From NCBI GenBank assembly GCA_016840035.1, contig JAEOTC010000148.1, positions 1 to 42,650 of the forward strand: a stretch of 42,650 nucleotides of DNA, in the 5' to 3' direction. Below the pieces are notes generated by a model, which saw only the letters and a program-made list of their open reading frames with translations, did not search any database and had not been told where the DNA came from. The stretch is from Candidatus Hodarchaeota archaeon. Lineage in GTDB: Archaea > Asgardarchaeota > Heimdallarchaeia > Hodarchaeales > Hodarchaeaceae. Numbering within the stretch: position 1 is the stretch's first letter; every line of letters begins with the position of its first letter. A program made the position numbers and the translations under genes. Shown piece by piece: positions 1 through 9,593 of this stretch.

Positions 1-921
1 GCAACCTTCATTCTTGGTGATGATAAAAGCATAGCACCTTCAAACCTAGGCCAAGGATATGTTCTTCGGAGATTCATTCGAGGGATAATTCGTCAAGGTA
101 ATTTACTGAATATCAAGCAACGATTTCTACCAGTACTTGCGGAAATTGTAATTAAAACCTACTCTGATACCTATTCTGAACTTGAAAGAAACAAGGACTT
201 TATAATTGATAATTTAACTCAAGAGGAAGAGAAATTTTCTACAACTCTTAGAAGAGGATTAAAACGCTTAGGAAAAATTTTAACTGAAACTGGAACACTC
301 ACAGGTCAAGATGCATTTTTATTATTCACTTCCTTCGGTTTTCCTCTAGAAATGACATTAGAGATCGCGAAGGAAAAGAACATCACAATTGACACACAAG
401 CTTTTCAAAAAGAGTTCTCTCATCATAAAGATCTATCTAGAAAAGCTACATCGGGAACGTTCAAAAGTGGTCTTGGCGATCATACAGAAAAAACCACACG
501 ACTCCACACAGCTACTCATCTACTGCAACAGGCATTAAGAGATGTCTTAGGTGATCATGTAGAACAAAAAGGCAGTAACATCACGCCTGAAAGGACAAGA
601 TTCGATTTTACTCATCCTGAAAAGCTCACACCCGAAGAAATCAAGAAAGTAGAACAAATCGTTAATGAAAAGATTAACGAGGGCCTTTCTGTTAAAAGTG
701 AAGTTCTCACACCCCAGGAAGCAAAAACGAGTGGTGCTCTTGGATTCTTTGAGGATAAGTACAAAACCAAAGTATCTGTCTATTCAGTTGGAAATTTTTC
801 CAAAGAGATCTGTACAGGTCCCCATGTGAAGAACACAAAAGAGATTGGGAAATTTACAATTCAAAAACAGAAGAATATCGGAGTAGGCTTGATGAGAATT
901 CGAGCAAAAATCGATCCTTAA
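1..921 (+). CDS. alaS: Alanine--tRNA ligase, 3' part (gene starts upstream of the window); short form ending after the editing domain
   Basis: Frame 1 is open from base 1 and reads ATFILGDDKSIAPSNLGQGYVLRRFIRG (AlaRS PSNxGxGYVLRR motif), then SFGFPLEMT. Editing motifs HTATHLL, QKGS, RFDF and EICTGPHV follow. The track's start at 352 is an internal Met. Confidence 0.96.
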   Translation, partial: ATFILGDDKSIAPSNLGQGYVLRRFIRGIIRQGNLLNIKQRFLPVLAEIVIKTYSDTYSELERNKDFIIDNLTQEEEKFSTTLRRGLKRLGKILTETGTLTGQDAFLLFTSFGFPLEMTLEIAKEKNITIDTQAFQKEFSHHKDLSRKATSGTFKSGLGDHTEKTTRLHTATHLLQQALRDVLGDHVEQKGSNITPERTRFDFTHPEKLTPEEIKKVEQIVNEKINEGLSVKSEVLTPQEAKTSGALGFFEDKYKTKVSVYSVGNFSKEICTGPHVKNTKEIGKFTIQKQKNIGVGLMRIRAKIDP

Positions 922-927
922 TAAGTT

Positions 928-1689
928 TCAGTACTTTACCAATTTTATCCTTGGAGGGGTGTCGGTGATTGATAATACAGACTGATTTGGGATTTCATTC
1001 CAGTAACTTTCGTTAATATGGTTTAAACTAAGTTTTTCTGAGCAAACCACGACCCCTGAATTAGTTTGATAGTAAAAAAGGGAATAGTATTCATGGTGCT
1101 TTGCTGCACTGCGTATAATATACATCTCTGATCCATTACTCAATATACAATTTAAGGCTGAATAGTTGACTTTAATCCGAGTAAGATGGTTGATTAATTT
1201 TTGGATCAGACGTTCTTGTTTCCTTTCCTCTGCAATATCTTTGAGTAAATAATGGAAGTAATACTCCGAATCGGAATGATCAGATGTAATTGGGTAAGAA
1301 GTAATTTCATTCAGAGTTTCTGCATCATAAACTGTCCCATTATGGATAAACGCCCAATTTAACGCAATAAAAGGTTGGCTATTAGGTAGTGAGATTCGAA
1401 TCGTGGGACTGGCTTTTCGAAGATGACAGAGGAACACTTGGGGTTGAGAGCTAAAAGCAAAGACTTTTTCTTTGTATTCAGGGGCTGCTAATGCGTTTCC
1501 AAGATATTTTCCTATAAGCTCCATACCTAAATTGTCAGATTTTACACTTGCCATTCCCCATCCATCAACATGCCCAGGTTCAATATTTGGAATATCTGGT
1601 ATCTTCCCTTTTTCTGCTAATTGCTGAAACTGTAGAAGAAATTCCTGCCAATTATCAACAAACCCATATATCCCAAGAAGACGGCACAT
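928..1689 (-). CDS. Class II glutamine amidotransferase (Ntn hydrolase, YafJ/EgtC-like)
   Basis: N-terminal MCRLLG with nucleophile Cys2, plus H-x-DGWG, HLRKAS, N-x-QPF, FIHNG, DSE and SEKL motifs. Confidence 0.9.
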   Translation of the reverse strand: MCRLLGIYGFVDNWQEFLLQFQQLAEKGKIPDIPNIEPGHVDGWGMASVKSDNLGMELIGKYLGNALAAPEYKEKVFAFSSQPQVFLCHLRKASPTIRISLPNSQPFIALNWAFIHNGTVYDAETLNEITSYPITSDHSDSEYYFHYLLKDIAEERKQERLIQKLINHLTRIKVNYSALNCILSNGSEMYIIRSAAKHHEYYSLFYYQTNSGVVVCSEKLSLNHINESYWNEIPNQSVLSITDTPPRIKLVKY

Positions 1690-1729
1690 AATAATACCAA
1701 ATCTCTATCTCATATTTCGGATTAATGCG

Positions 1730-2587
1730 TTATATATGTTTTGGTTTTGTCAAAGGAACGCGCCAATCAATATTAGGCGTCCGTACTCCTAGCTTAAATA
1801 TAATCGGCCCTCTCCGCTTGTGTTCGCTCCTATAAATCATCCTACGTATTTTCTTAATATCTGATAATGAAATCTTTGTATGTTCATGAATCTGTTCCTC
1901 TGTTTGGAATAGTTCAAGTCCATACAGAATGGAATCCAGCTCCGCATAGCTCATTCCGATTTCCGCTTCGTCTGTCTGCCCTTCGCTCAATCCTGCACTT
2001 GGAGGTTTATTTAAAAACGATTTGGGAAGCTTTAAATGTTTCGCAAGTTGAAAAACATGAGTTTTATATACATCTCCAATGGGTAAGATATCTACTCCTC
2101 CATCTCCATACTTTGTGAAGTAGCCAATCATTAATTCACTTTTATTTCCTGCTCCACACACTAAATATTCCTTTTTATTCGCAAAAAAATATAAATAAGT
2201 CTGTAAGAGTCTAGGTTTAACATTCATCCAAGCCAATTCGGATGAAACCTCTTTTTCATCGATAGTGACTGCCAGCTGATCGATGACATTTTGAATGTCA
2301 AATTGGTTTAACTTTAGGTTTAACTGCTTACAAAGGATTTTGATATCTTTAATATCGGTCTCTAAGGAGTTACTATTTCGTAAAAATATGGGAAAAACCT
2401 TTTTAGCTCCTAGGGCTTTAGTAGCAAGAGTTACTACGACTGCGGAATCGATCCCTCCACTCAATCCCATAACTACACCATTCACACTAGCCTCTGTAAC
2501 TCGGGTTTTTATGAAATCTTGAATGAGCTTACTTGTAGTTTCAAGATCAATGGGAGGAATGCTGTCAGTTTTTTGTTTAGATGTCAT
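1730..2587 (-). CDS. nadE: NAD+ synthetase (single-domain NadE)
   Basis: GLSGGIDS PP-loop, NVKPR, NKSE-xx-GYFTKYGDG, PIGDVYKT, KPPSAGL-x-EGQTDE and SEHKR. Confidence 0.96.
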   Translation of the reverse strand: MTSKQKTDSIPPIDLETTSKLIQDFIKTRVTEASVNGVVMGLSGGIDSAVVVTLATKALGAKKVFPIFLRNSNSLETDIKDIKILCKQLNLKLNQFDIQNVIDQLAVTIDEKEVSSELAWMNVKPRLLQTYLYFFANKKEYLVCGAGNKSELMIGYFTKYGDGGVDILPIGDVYKTHVFQLAKHLKLPKSFLNKPPSAGLSEGQTDEAEIGMSYAELDSILYGLELFQTEEQIHEHTKISLSDIKKIRRMIYRSEHKRRGPIIFKLGVRTPNIDWRVPLTKPKHI

Positions 2588-3407
2588 AATAACTCTCTTC
2601 TAATTGTTTAAATATCCAAGGAGGGAGATCCTTTAAAGTTGGGACAAAATTCTTCGCTTTTTGGGAACTTTCTGTTGTTAATGTGCAATGTGCGAAATCA
2701 GGTTCATTATATATTAACTTAGCAATCTGTTTTCCTGTAGCAGATCGTACCTCTGATCCACCCCAAAATATTAGGTCATCTTGGATCCCTGATTGGTTCA
2801 CATAAACAAAATTAATGGTATTCTCCATTGCTCTTGCTGGAATAAATGTTTCGAAATATTGGCGTCGTACACCTGGTGAAGCGGAGATACATATACTTGT
2901 ATGAGCCCCTAATAGAGCATGAGCTCGTGTTATCTCTGGACTGAAAATGTCATAACAAATTTGCATTCCAATCTTACCCATCGGAGTATCTAAAACATTA
3001 ATTACTGGAGATGTTCTGAAATATCTTCTTTCATTAAATACCGAATGGTTGGGAAGGAAAATTTTACGACTTTTCCCAATAAATCCCTTTGGGCCAACCA
3101 TAACTGCGGAATTGTAAAGCAACCCTGGAACGGATGATTCTGGTAATCCTGCAACTAAGTAACAGTTGTTCTTTTTAGAGATTTTTATTAATTCCTGAGT
3201 AAGAGGACCAGTAGGAACTGGTTCTGCAAGCTGGAATATATCATCATGCATCAAGTACCCAGTTACAGATAATTCAGGAAATACAAAAATTGTATCTAAA
3301 TCATCATTGATCGCATTTTCATTGCAAATATTAGAAATGATTTCTAAATTTGAACTAGGATCTGCCTGGCGAGAATGAATCTGAGCTAACGCCACACGAA
3401 ACTTCAA
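2577..3407 (-). CDS. Carbon-nitrogen hydrolase (nitrilase fold); probable stand-alone glutaminase subunit for NadE
   Basis: Catalytic triad motifs FPELSVTGY, RKIFLPN-x-VFNERRYF and ICYDIF, then SASP. KxxLPNxxVFxExRYF and SASP resemble the NadE glutaminase domain. Overlaps nadE by 11 nt. Confidence 0.88.
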   Translation of the reverse strand: MKFRVALAQIHSRQADPSSNLEIISNICNENAINDDLDTIFVFPELSVTGYLMHDDIFQLAEPVPTGPLTQELIKISKKNNCYLVAGLPESSVPGLLYNSAVMVGPKGFIGKSRKIFLPNHSVFNERRYFRTSPVINVLDTPMGKIGMQICYDIFSPEITRAHALLGAHTSICISASPGVRRQYFETFIPARAMENTINFVYVNQSGIQDDLIFWGGSEVRSATGKQIAKLIYNEPDFAHCTLTTESSQKAKNFVPTLKDLPPWIFKQLEESYYDI

Positions 3408-3425
3408 GTTTATCGTCTTCCACTA

Positions 3426-4703
3426 TTAGACATCGATATACTGCTTCCAATCCCAATCAGTCACTTGTGTTGAATACTGGAGCCATTCTTTCTTTTTTAT
3501 CCTGAGGAAATGGTCAAAAATATGGGAACCCAGTGCTTTTTTTATAACACGATCTTTTTCTAAATACGTTAACGCTTCAAACAGATTTCCCGGTAGAATT
3601 TTTATCCCTGCTTTTTCACATTCATCAAAAGTCATTTTAAAGATATTTGATGTAACAGGTGGTGGAAGTTCAAGCTTTCTTTCAATACCATCAATACCCG
3701 CAGCAATTAAAGCGGTCAATGCAAGGTATGGATTTGTACTTGGATCAGGACATCGATATTCAAATCGTGCAGTTTTAGGATCTTGAAACATCGGAATACG
3801 ACATAGTGCTGATCTATTTAAAGGTGCCCATGCAATATAGACAGGTGCTTCGAATCCTGGTACTAATCGTTTGAACGAATTTACAGTGGGTGCGACTATA
3901 ACGGTTAATGCTTCAGCATGATCTAGTAATCCAGCCATAAACTGCTGTCCGAGTGTTGAAATTTCACTTGGTTTATCTATTGCAAACAGATTTGTATCTC
4001 CTTCCCATAGGGATAGATGAAAATGCATTCCATTTCCACTCATACCCCCAAATGGTTTGGGCATAAAAGTCGCAGAATAACCGATTTTCGCTGCTAAAGC
4101 CCGTACAACTGCTTTGTATGTCACAATAGAATCAGCAGTGTGTAAAGCCTCTGAGTGCTTAATTTCAATTTCATATTGTCCTTCACCGACTTCGTGATGA
4201 TGGACTTTACATGTAATCCCTGCTTTTTCTAAATGAGATGGAAAACGTTTTATAACTCCTTCTGCGATAGCATTAGGAAACGTATCTGCATACGCCCCTG
4301 AATCCACGGGTTTATTATCTTGTAATAGAAAAAATTCAGGCTCTGGACCTACTTTTAGCGTCCAACCACGAGAAGCAAGAAGTTCTTGGATTACTGCCTT
4401 TAATCGAGACCGTGTATCCCCTTCAAAGACTTTATCATGCTGACGAACCTCACACATCACTGCAATCTTTGGTTCCTCTGTATAAGAAAGCTCAATAATG
4501 CTATCTGCTTCAGGAATTAAATGTAAGTCTGAATTTTCAAGAGGAGTGAATCCAGCAACAGAACTCCCATCGATATTTGCTCCTTCAGAAAATATTGGAT
4601 CAGATTGAGCCGTTTGAAGATCATGGATATTTACTGGCACATTCATTGCTTTGAGTTTGCCATGTATGTCAACAAAACGGATTTCTAGGACATTGAACAT
4701 CAT
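3426..4703 (-). CDS. glnA: Glutamine synthetase type I
   Basis: FVDIHG, DGSS, GPEPEFF, HHEV-xx-GQYE, ATFMPKP-x-GNGMH, NSFKRLVPGFEAP, NRSA-x-RIP and EYRCPDPSTNPYL. Confidence 0.95.
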   Translation of the reverse strand: MMFNVLEIRFVDIHGKLKAMNVPVNIHDLQTAQSDPIFSEGANIDGSSVAGFTPLENSDLHLIPEADSIIELSYTEEPKIAVMCEVRQHDKVFEGDTRSRLKAVIQELLASRGWTLKVGPEPEFFLLQDNKPVDSGAYADTFPNAIAEGVIKRFPSHLEKAGITCKVHHHEVGEGQYEIEIKHSEALHTADSIVTYKAVVRALAAKIGYSATFMPKPFGGMSGNGMHFHLSLWEGDTNLFAIDKPSEISTLGQQFMAGLLDHAEALTVIVAPTVNSFKRLVPGFEAPVYIAWAPLNRSALCRIPMFQDPKTARFEYRCPDPSTNPYLALTALIAAGIDGIERKLELPPPVTSNIFKMTFDECEKAGIKILPGNLFEALTYLEKDRVIKKALGSHIFDHFLRIKKKEWLQYSTQVTDWDWKQYIDV

Positions 4704-4748
4704 TAAAACCTTAAGTTTATCCGAGAAATCCGCTCTATTAAACCTAAG

Positions 4749-5645
4749 CTATATTTGTTTTCGCATAATATTTCGAATTTCACGATATCCAATGATGGTT
4801 ATATCCAGTTTATCAATCGAATCACGAAAAGATGCATCAGTAAATACCTCATAATCCTGATTACGCCATTCTGCTGAATCAGGAGTAATCGATTTTAACT
4901 CTGAACCCATTTTTGCAGGATGGAAGAGTAAGTGAGTTAAGCCAGGTTCTATACATTCTATTTGCTCCAAGAAATACTGATTTTTATTTGGATATACTCC
5001 TCCAGTATCTATTACCATATGATCAACTAAGGGAAATCCACTGGACTCAAGAGAATTCAATAGATCCTGATATATATCTGCATACTCACCTAATCCCATT
5101 AAAAATAACTGTTCTTTCGAAACTTTGGGAAGAAAAGCAGGGATATTAAATTCAGAAGAAAGTGTAAGGTATGATTGGATAAACTTTGGATCCATCACAG
5201 TTCCCATGTGCGTATCAATATGGGTAATATCAATACCTGATTGAATGGCATATTCAATCTGTGTTCGCATTTCCAATTCAGCTGCTTCAGCAGAGACATT
5301 ACGAACTACTTCCTCAGTTGTTTTCCAAAGACATCTATCATCAGCTAGTAAGCCACTACTAGGATTTACACTACTTAAGGCTCTCCATCTATAGGTATCA
5401 TATTCACAGGTTAAAGTTAGGTGAACTCCGATATCATACTTTGGATTCTTTTGGGCAATTGAAGCTACTTCTAAGAACCACGGTGCTGTAACAATAACAG
5501 AGCCACAAGACGCGATTCCAAAATCCAAACACTCAAAAGATGCTTCATTTGCAGCATGAGAGAATCCCATATCATCTATATGGAGTATTACCACTCTATC
5601 ATTTTTAGAAAAGCCTAATTTTTGGATTAAAGATTCAGATTTCAT
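4749..5645 (-). CDS. YdjC/ChbG-family carbohydrate deacetylase
   Basis: HIDDMG, GVHLTL, THIDTHMG and HP motifs. Confidence 0.88.
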   Translation of the reverse strand: MKSESLIQKLGFSKNDRVVILHIDDMGFSHAANEASFECLDFGIASCGSVIVTAPWFLEVASIAQKNPKYDIGVHLTLTCEYDTYRWRALSSVNPSSGLLADDRCLWKTTEEVVRNVSAEAAELEMRTQIEYAIQSGIDITHIDTHMGTVMDPKFIQSYLTLSSEFNIPAFLPKVSKEQLFLMGLGEYADIYQDLLNSLESSGFPLVDHMVIDTGGVYPNKNQYFLEQIECIEPGLTHLLFHPAKMGSELKSITPDSAEWRNQDYEVFTDASFRDSIDKLDITIIGYREIRNIMRKQI

Positions 5646-5656
5646 AATTATTGTCC

Positions 5657-6469
5657 CTACTGGAGTGATATGTATATAATTTCGTTAACCTGTTCAGGAG
5701 CTTCTTGAAAGACAAAATGTCCTACATCTGGAATTATAAATATTCGAGAGGTTCTGATATTTTCATGGAGATAGAGGGAGAATTTCGGCGGAGTCATCTG
5801 GTCCCGCGCTCCACATATAATTACAGTTGGGATATTAACTAGGGTCAGACTCTGTCTTACATCAAAATACCGACAGGCATCAAGATCATTATACAAAACT
5901 TCATATCCGTTTTTTGTAAGTATATCTTGATTTTTCTGTTTAATGGCAAGATCTGCGTTATCACCATAACTAAATTTCCCCATCAACTTTAAGGCTTCAC
6001 TAAAATCATCCTTAAGGAGATCAAAAAATACTGCCGCAACATTCAATTTTGCTCCAGTCCCAATGAGAAAAATTAATTTAGGTAAAGGAGGTGGATCTTG
6101 AAATACTCCGTTATTTATTGAAATAACTAAACTTAGTACTATTGCTCCTCCCATTGAATGCCCTGCTAAACAGTAATTCTTGATTTTCAAAGAAGATATT
6201 AGAACCGCAATATCATTTGTGTAGATCTTGATTAATTCTTGGCTCTCAGATTCTTGGTTAAGTTTAAGGTTATGATCAGAGTGGCTTTCTCCATGATTTT
6301 GTAGACTTATCGCTAATACTCCATAACCATTTTTAGAAAAAAAGTCAATTTGAGATTCCCATTGCCTTTTATCCCCCCCTGCTCCATGTAAGAATACTAA
6401 GTACGGAAAAGATGAATTTTTAGGTTGTACCTGATCGTAATCGAGTCTATCGACTACTTCCATATTCAT
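5657..6469 (-). CDS. Alpha/beta-fold hydrolase
   Basis: FLHGAGG oxyanion motif, GHSMGG nucleophile elbow, G-xx-DQMTP acid residue and GHF catalytic His. Confidence 0.92.
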   Translation of the reverse strand: MNMEVVDRLDYDQVQPKNSSFPYLVFLHGAGGDKRQWESQIDFFSKNGYGVLAISLQNHGESHSDHNLKLNQESESQELIKIYTNDIAVLISSLKIKNYCLAGHSMGGAIVLSLVISINNGVFQDPPPLPKLIFLIGTGAKLNVAAVFFDLLKDDFSEALKLMGKFSYGDNADLAIKQKNQDILTKNGYEVLYNDLDACRYFDVRQSLTLVNIPTVIICGARDQMTPPKFSLYLHENIRTSRIFIIPDVGHFVFQEAPEQVNEIIYISLQ

Positions 6470-6491
6470 TGGGTACTAACCCCCAGAAGGA

Positions 6492-7304
6492 TTATGATTG
6501 AAAGCCTTCCCATTTGTCTTTTTTCCACTCTGGTGCTCGTTTCTCTAAGAACGCTTTTAATCCTTCTTTTCCTTCAGGTGAAGTTCTAACTTCCGCAATC
6601 TCATTAATAAGAAATGATCTTACATCTTCAAAACTACTTATTCGATTTTTTTCAATCATCTGCTTTATGCGAGATATAGCGATGGGTCCACTTGCAAGTA
6701 AATGGTTTACAACAGTTGTGACTTTTTGATCCAGTTCTTCTATACCTGAGGCAATTTCATGAATAAGGCCTATTCTTAAAGCTGTGATAGCATCAATTCG
6801 TTCACCAGTTAAGAAGAACCTGGTTGCTTGAGAAAATCCAATTTTTGGTATTACATATGGACTAATAACTGCTGGCATAATTCCAAGATTTACCTCTGAA
6901 AACGCAAATATTGCCCTTTCTATCGCTACAGCAACATCACAAAGTGATACTAGACCTACTCCTCCACCAAATGCTGCACCATTAACTCGTCCAACAACAG
7001 GCTTAGAAGATTTATAAATGGTGTTAAAAAGTTTCTCTAGCTTCACTGCATCCTGTTTGTTTTCAGTTAACGTGAAATCTTTACTTGCCTCCATATATTG
7101 AAGGTCAGCACCAGCAGAAAATGATTTTCCATCCCCTGTAAGAATGATAACCTTAATTTTTGGATTTTTATCCTGCTTAGTGAATTCTTCCGTCAGTTCG
7201 GATATCATTCGAGGATTAAATGCATTATGAACCTGTGCACGATTTAGAGTAATGATACAAACACGATCTACTTCTTCAGATGTTATTGTTTCATATTCTG
7301 ACAT
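6492..7304 (-). CDS. liuC: Enoyl-CoA hydratase family, probable methylglutaconyl-CoA hydratase
   Basis: FSAGADL, GGGVGL-xx-CD, SEVNLGIMPAVISPYV and EGKEGLKAFLEKR. Lies directly downstream of the MCC beta subunit. Confidence 0.85.
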   Translation of the reverse strand: MSEYETITSEEVDRVCIITLNRAQVHNAFNPRMISELTEEFTKQDKNPKIKVIILTGDGKSFSAGADLQYMEASKDFTLTENKQDAVKLEKLFNTIYKSSKPVVGRVNGAAFGGGVGLVSLCDVAVAIERAIFAFSEVNLGIMPAVISPYVIPKIGFSQATRFFLTGERIDAITALRIGLIHEIASGIEELDQKVTTVVNHLLASGPIAISRIKQMIEKNRISSFEDVRSFLINEIAEVRTSPEGKEGLKAFLEKRAPEWKKDKWEGFQS

Positions 7305-7327
7305 AAAAATACCTTCTATGGCACTAA

Positions 7328-8932
7328 CTACATCCGGAAAACACCATAATTGGTGTCAGGTATTTCTGCATTCAAAGATGCTGATATGCAAAGGGCTAAG
7401 ATAATCCTTGTATCTGCGGGATCAATAATTCCATCATCCCATAAGCGTCCTGTGCTATAATAAGCACTTGATTCGACGTCATATTTAGCCCTAATAGGTT
7501 TCATTATTTCTTCCCGTTGCTCAGGAGAAAGTTTTTTTCCTTGAGATGCAAGTTGTGTTTCCTTTACGGTTGCCAGTACATTAGCAGCTTGTTCTCCACC
7601 CATTACCGAAATTCTCGCGTTCGGCCACATAAATAAGAATCGGGGGGAATAGGCACGACCCGCCATTCCATAATTTCCGGCTCCATAGGATCCACCAATG
7701 ACTATTGTAAACTTTGGAACTTGAGCATTACTCACGGCCATCACAAGCTTTGCTCCATCCTTAGCAATTCCTCCAGATTCTGCTTCACTACCAACTATAA
7801 AGCCAGTAATATTCTGTAGGAATATCAAAGGTAGATTTCTTTGTGTACAAAGATTAATGAAATGAGCACCCTTCAATGCACTTTCAGAGAATAAAACACC
7901 ATTATTTGCCAGAATCCCAACTGGATAACCCATTATTCGGGCAAAACCACATACAAGAGTCGATCCATACAAAGCTTTGAACTCATGAAAACGGGATCCA
8001 TCTACTAATCTCGCAATAATCTCGTGAACATCATAAGCTTGTCTGGCATCTTTGGGTAGAATTCCGTAAATTTCATCTATTTCATAGAGAGGAGGTTCTG
8101 GATTCTTAAAATCTAATGTTGTTTTGGGAGGTAAATTTAGATGCTCAATAATATTACGAGTGATTCGCAATGCATGTTCATCATTTGTTGCGTAATGATC
8201 AGCAACTCCAGAGGTACGACAATGGACATCAGCTCCGCCTAAATCCTCTGCAGAGACTTCTTCACCAGTAGCCGCTTTCACAAGAGGAGGACCGCCTAAA
8301 AATATAGTACCGGTACCCTTAACAATAACTGTTTCATCCGACATTGCAGGAACATATGCTCCTCCTGCTGTACAGGATCCCATTACTACGCTAATTTGGG
8401 GGATGGCTTTTGAAGACATTTGGGCTTGGTTATAAAAAATTCTGCCAAAATGATCCTTATCAGGAAATACTTCAGCTTGTAAGGGTAAAAACGCACCTCC
8501 CGAATCAACCAAGTAAACACAAGGAAGATTATTCTGTTCTGCTATTTCCTGAGCACGAAGATGTTTTTTCACGGTCATCGGAAAATAAGTTCCCCCTTTA
8601 ATTGTAGCATCATTAGCAATAAACATAATCTCTCTCCCTGCTACCAATCCAATACCAGTTACTATACCAGCATAAGGAGCAGCGTTATCATACAAATTAA
8701 AGGCTGCTAATGAGCTTAATTCCATAAAAGGTGTGTCAGGATCAAGAATCATCTTTATTCGCTGACGTGCAGGTATTTTCCCCCTTTCAAGATGCTTTTC
8801 CATCGCCTTGGGATTACCTGATCTCACCGATTCTAAAATATCTCTATATTCTTTGAGAACGGTTTGAAAGTGCTCGTAATTTTCTTGAAAATCTGATGAT
8901 TTTACATCTACCTTCGATTTTAATATTGCCAT
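7328..8932 (-). CDS. liuB: 3-methylcrotonyl-CoA carboxylase carboxyltransferase (beta) subunit
   Basis: [71 protein letters not shown] and C-terminal GVFRM. Confidence 0.93.
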   Translation of the reverse strand: MAILKSKVDVKSSDFQENYEHFQTVLKEYRDILESVRSGNPKAMEKHLERGKIPARQRIKMILDPDTPFMELSSLAAFNLYDNAAPYAGIVTGIGLVAGREIMFIANDATIKGGTYFPMTVKKHLRAQEIAEQNNLPCVYLVDSGGAFLPLQAEVFPDKDHFGRIFYNQAQMSSKAIPQISVVMGSCTAGGAYVPAMSDETVIVKGTGTIFLGGPPLVKAATGEEVSAEDLGGADVHCRTSGVADHYATNDEHALRITRNIIEHLNLPPKTTLDFKNPEPPLYEIDEIYGILPKDARQAYDVHEIIARLVDGSRFHEFKALYGSTLVCGFARIMGYPVGILANNGVLFSESALKGAHFINLCTQRNLPLIFLQNITGFIVGSEAESGGIAKDGAKLVMAVSNAQVPKFTIVIGGSYGAGNYGMAGRAYSPRFLFMWPNARISVMGGEQAANVLATVKETQLASQGKKLSPEQREEIMKPIRAKYDVESSAYYSTGRLWDDGIIDPADTRIILALCISASLNAEIPDTNYGVFRM

Positions 8933-9040
8933 TGATTGTACCTCTCAAAAAACATCTCTAGGGAGGAGATATGTTCTATGATTATTACTTAAAGAGTTTC
9001 TTGGAAGAATGAAGTCAATCATTTGTGGACGAGAATCAAT

Positions 9041-9574
9041 CTAACTTTCTTCACTAATTTCAGAAGGTTGAATTTCCATTAATGGAACATTAGCTTCGAT
9101 CTGATCCCCCTCTGAGTAGAATATTTCTGTTATACTTCCCTCGAATGGTGAAACGATTTTATTCTCCATTTTCATGGCTTCTACTACCAATAAATCTTCA
9201 CCTTTTTTCACCTCGTCCCCTTCTTTTACTAGAATTTTTACAATTCGTCCAGGCATAGGACTTGATAAACTCCCTTCATCCTCTGTCTCCTCGAAATCCT
9301 CTTCCTCCAATTCAGTAACTCTTCGGATTTCATAATCCGCCCCATCTAGATGTATAAACCTCAAATCTCCATCTTTTGCAACAGAGCATTTGTAGATGAC
9401 GTTATCAAGTGTAAATTGAAATTGGCCGGATCCTAAGACTTTAGCGGTAACTGTGATTTCTCTCTCATTATCTTCGTGATCTTTAATAATCACAAAATAC
9501 CCATTTTGTTCATCACGCCGGAGACGGACTTCAAACCGATTACTCCCGTCATCAAAATTAAAAATTTCACTCAT
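9041..9574 (-). CDS. Biotin carboxyl carrier protein with N-terminal BT-like beta domain (C-terminal part of a split MCC alpha subunit)
   Basis: SPMPG and EAMKMEN biotinylation motif, preceded by ~90 aa of beta-strand-rich sequence and an acidic linker. Confidence 0.92.
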   Translation of the reverse strand: MSEIFNFDDGSNRFEVRLRRDEQNGYFVIIKDHEDNEREITVTAKVLGSGQFQFTLDNVIYKCSVAKDGDLRFIHLDGADYEIRRVTELEEEDFEETEDEGSLSSPMPGRIVKILVKEGDEVKKGEDLLVVEAMKMENKIVSPFEGSITEIFYSEGDQIEANVPLMEIQPSEISEES

Positions 9575-9593
9575 AAGAAGTCCCTGTAAAGAT

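Noticed and set aside
3426-4703. Gamma-glutamyl-amine ligase (GmaS/PuuA-like) instead of true glutamine synthetase
   Set aside because: The DGSS and GFEAP ammonium-site motifs are canonical, and GNGMH also occurs in Thermococcales-type GS.
8951-8975. Imperfect hairpin AACATCTC-tagggag-GAGATATGTT as a riboswitch or ncRNA
   Set aside because: A short single stem with no recognisable aptamer consensus.
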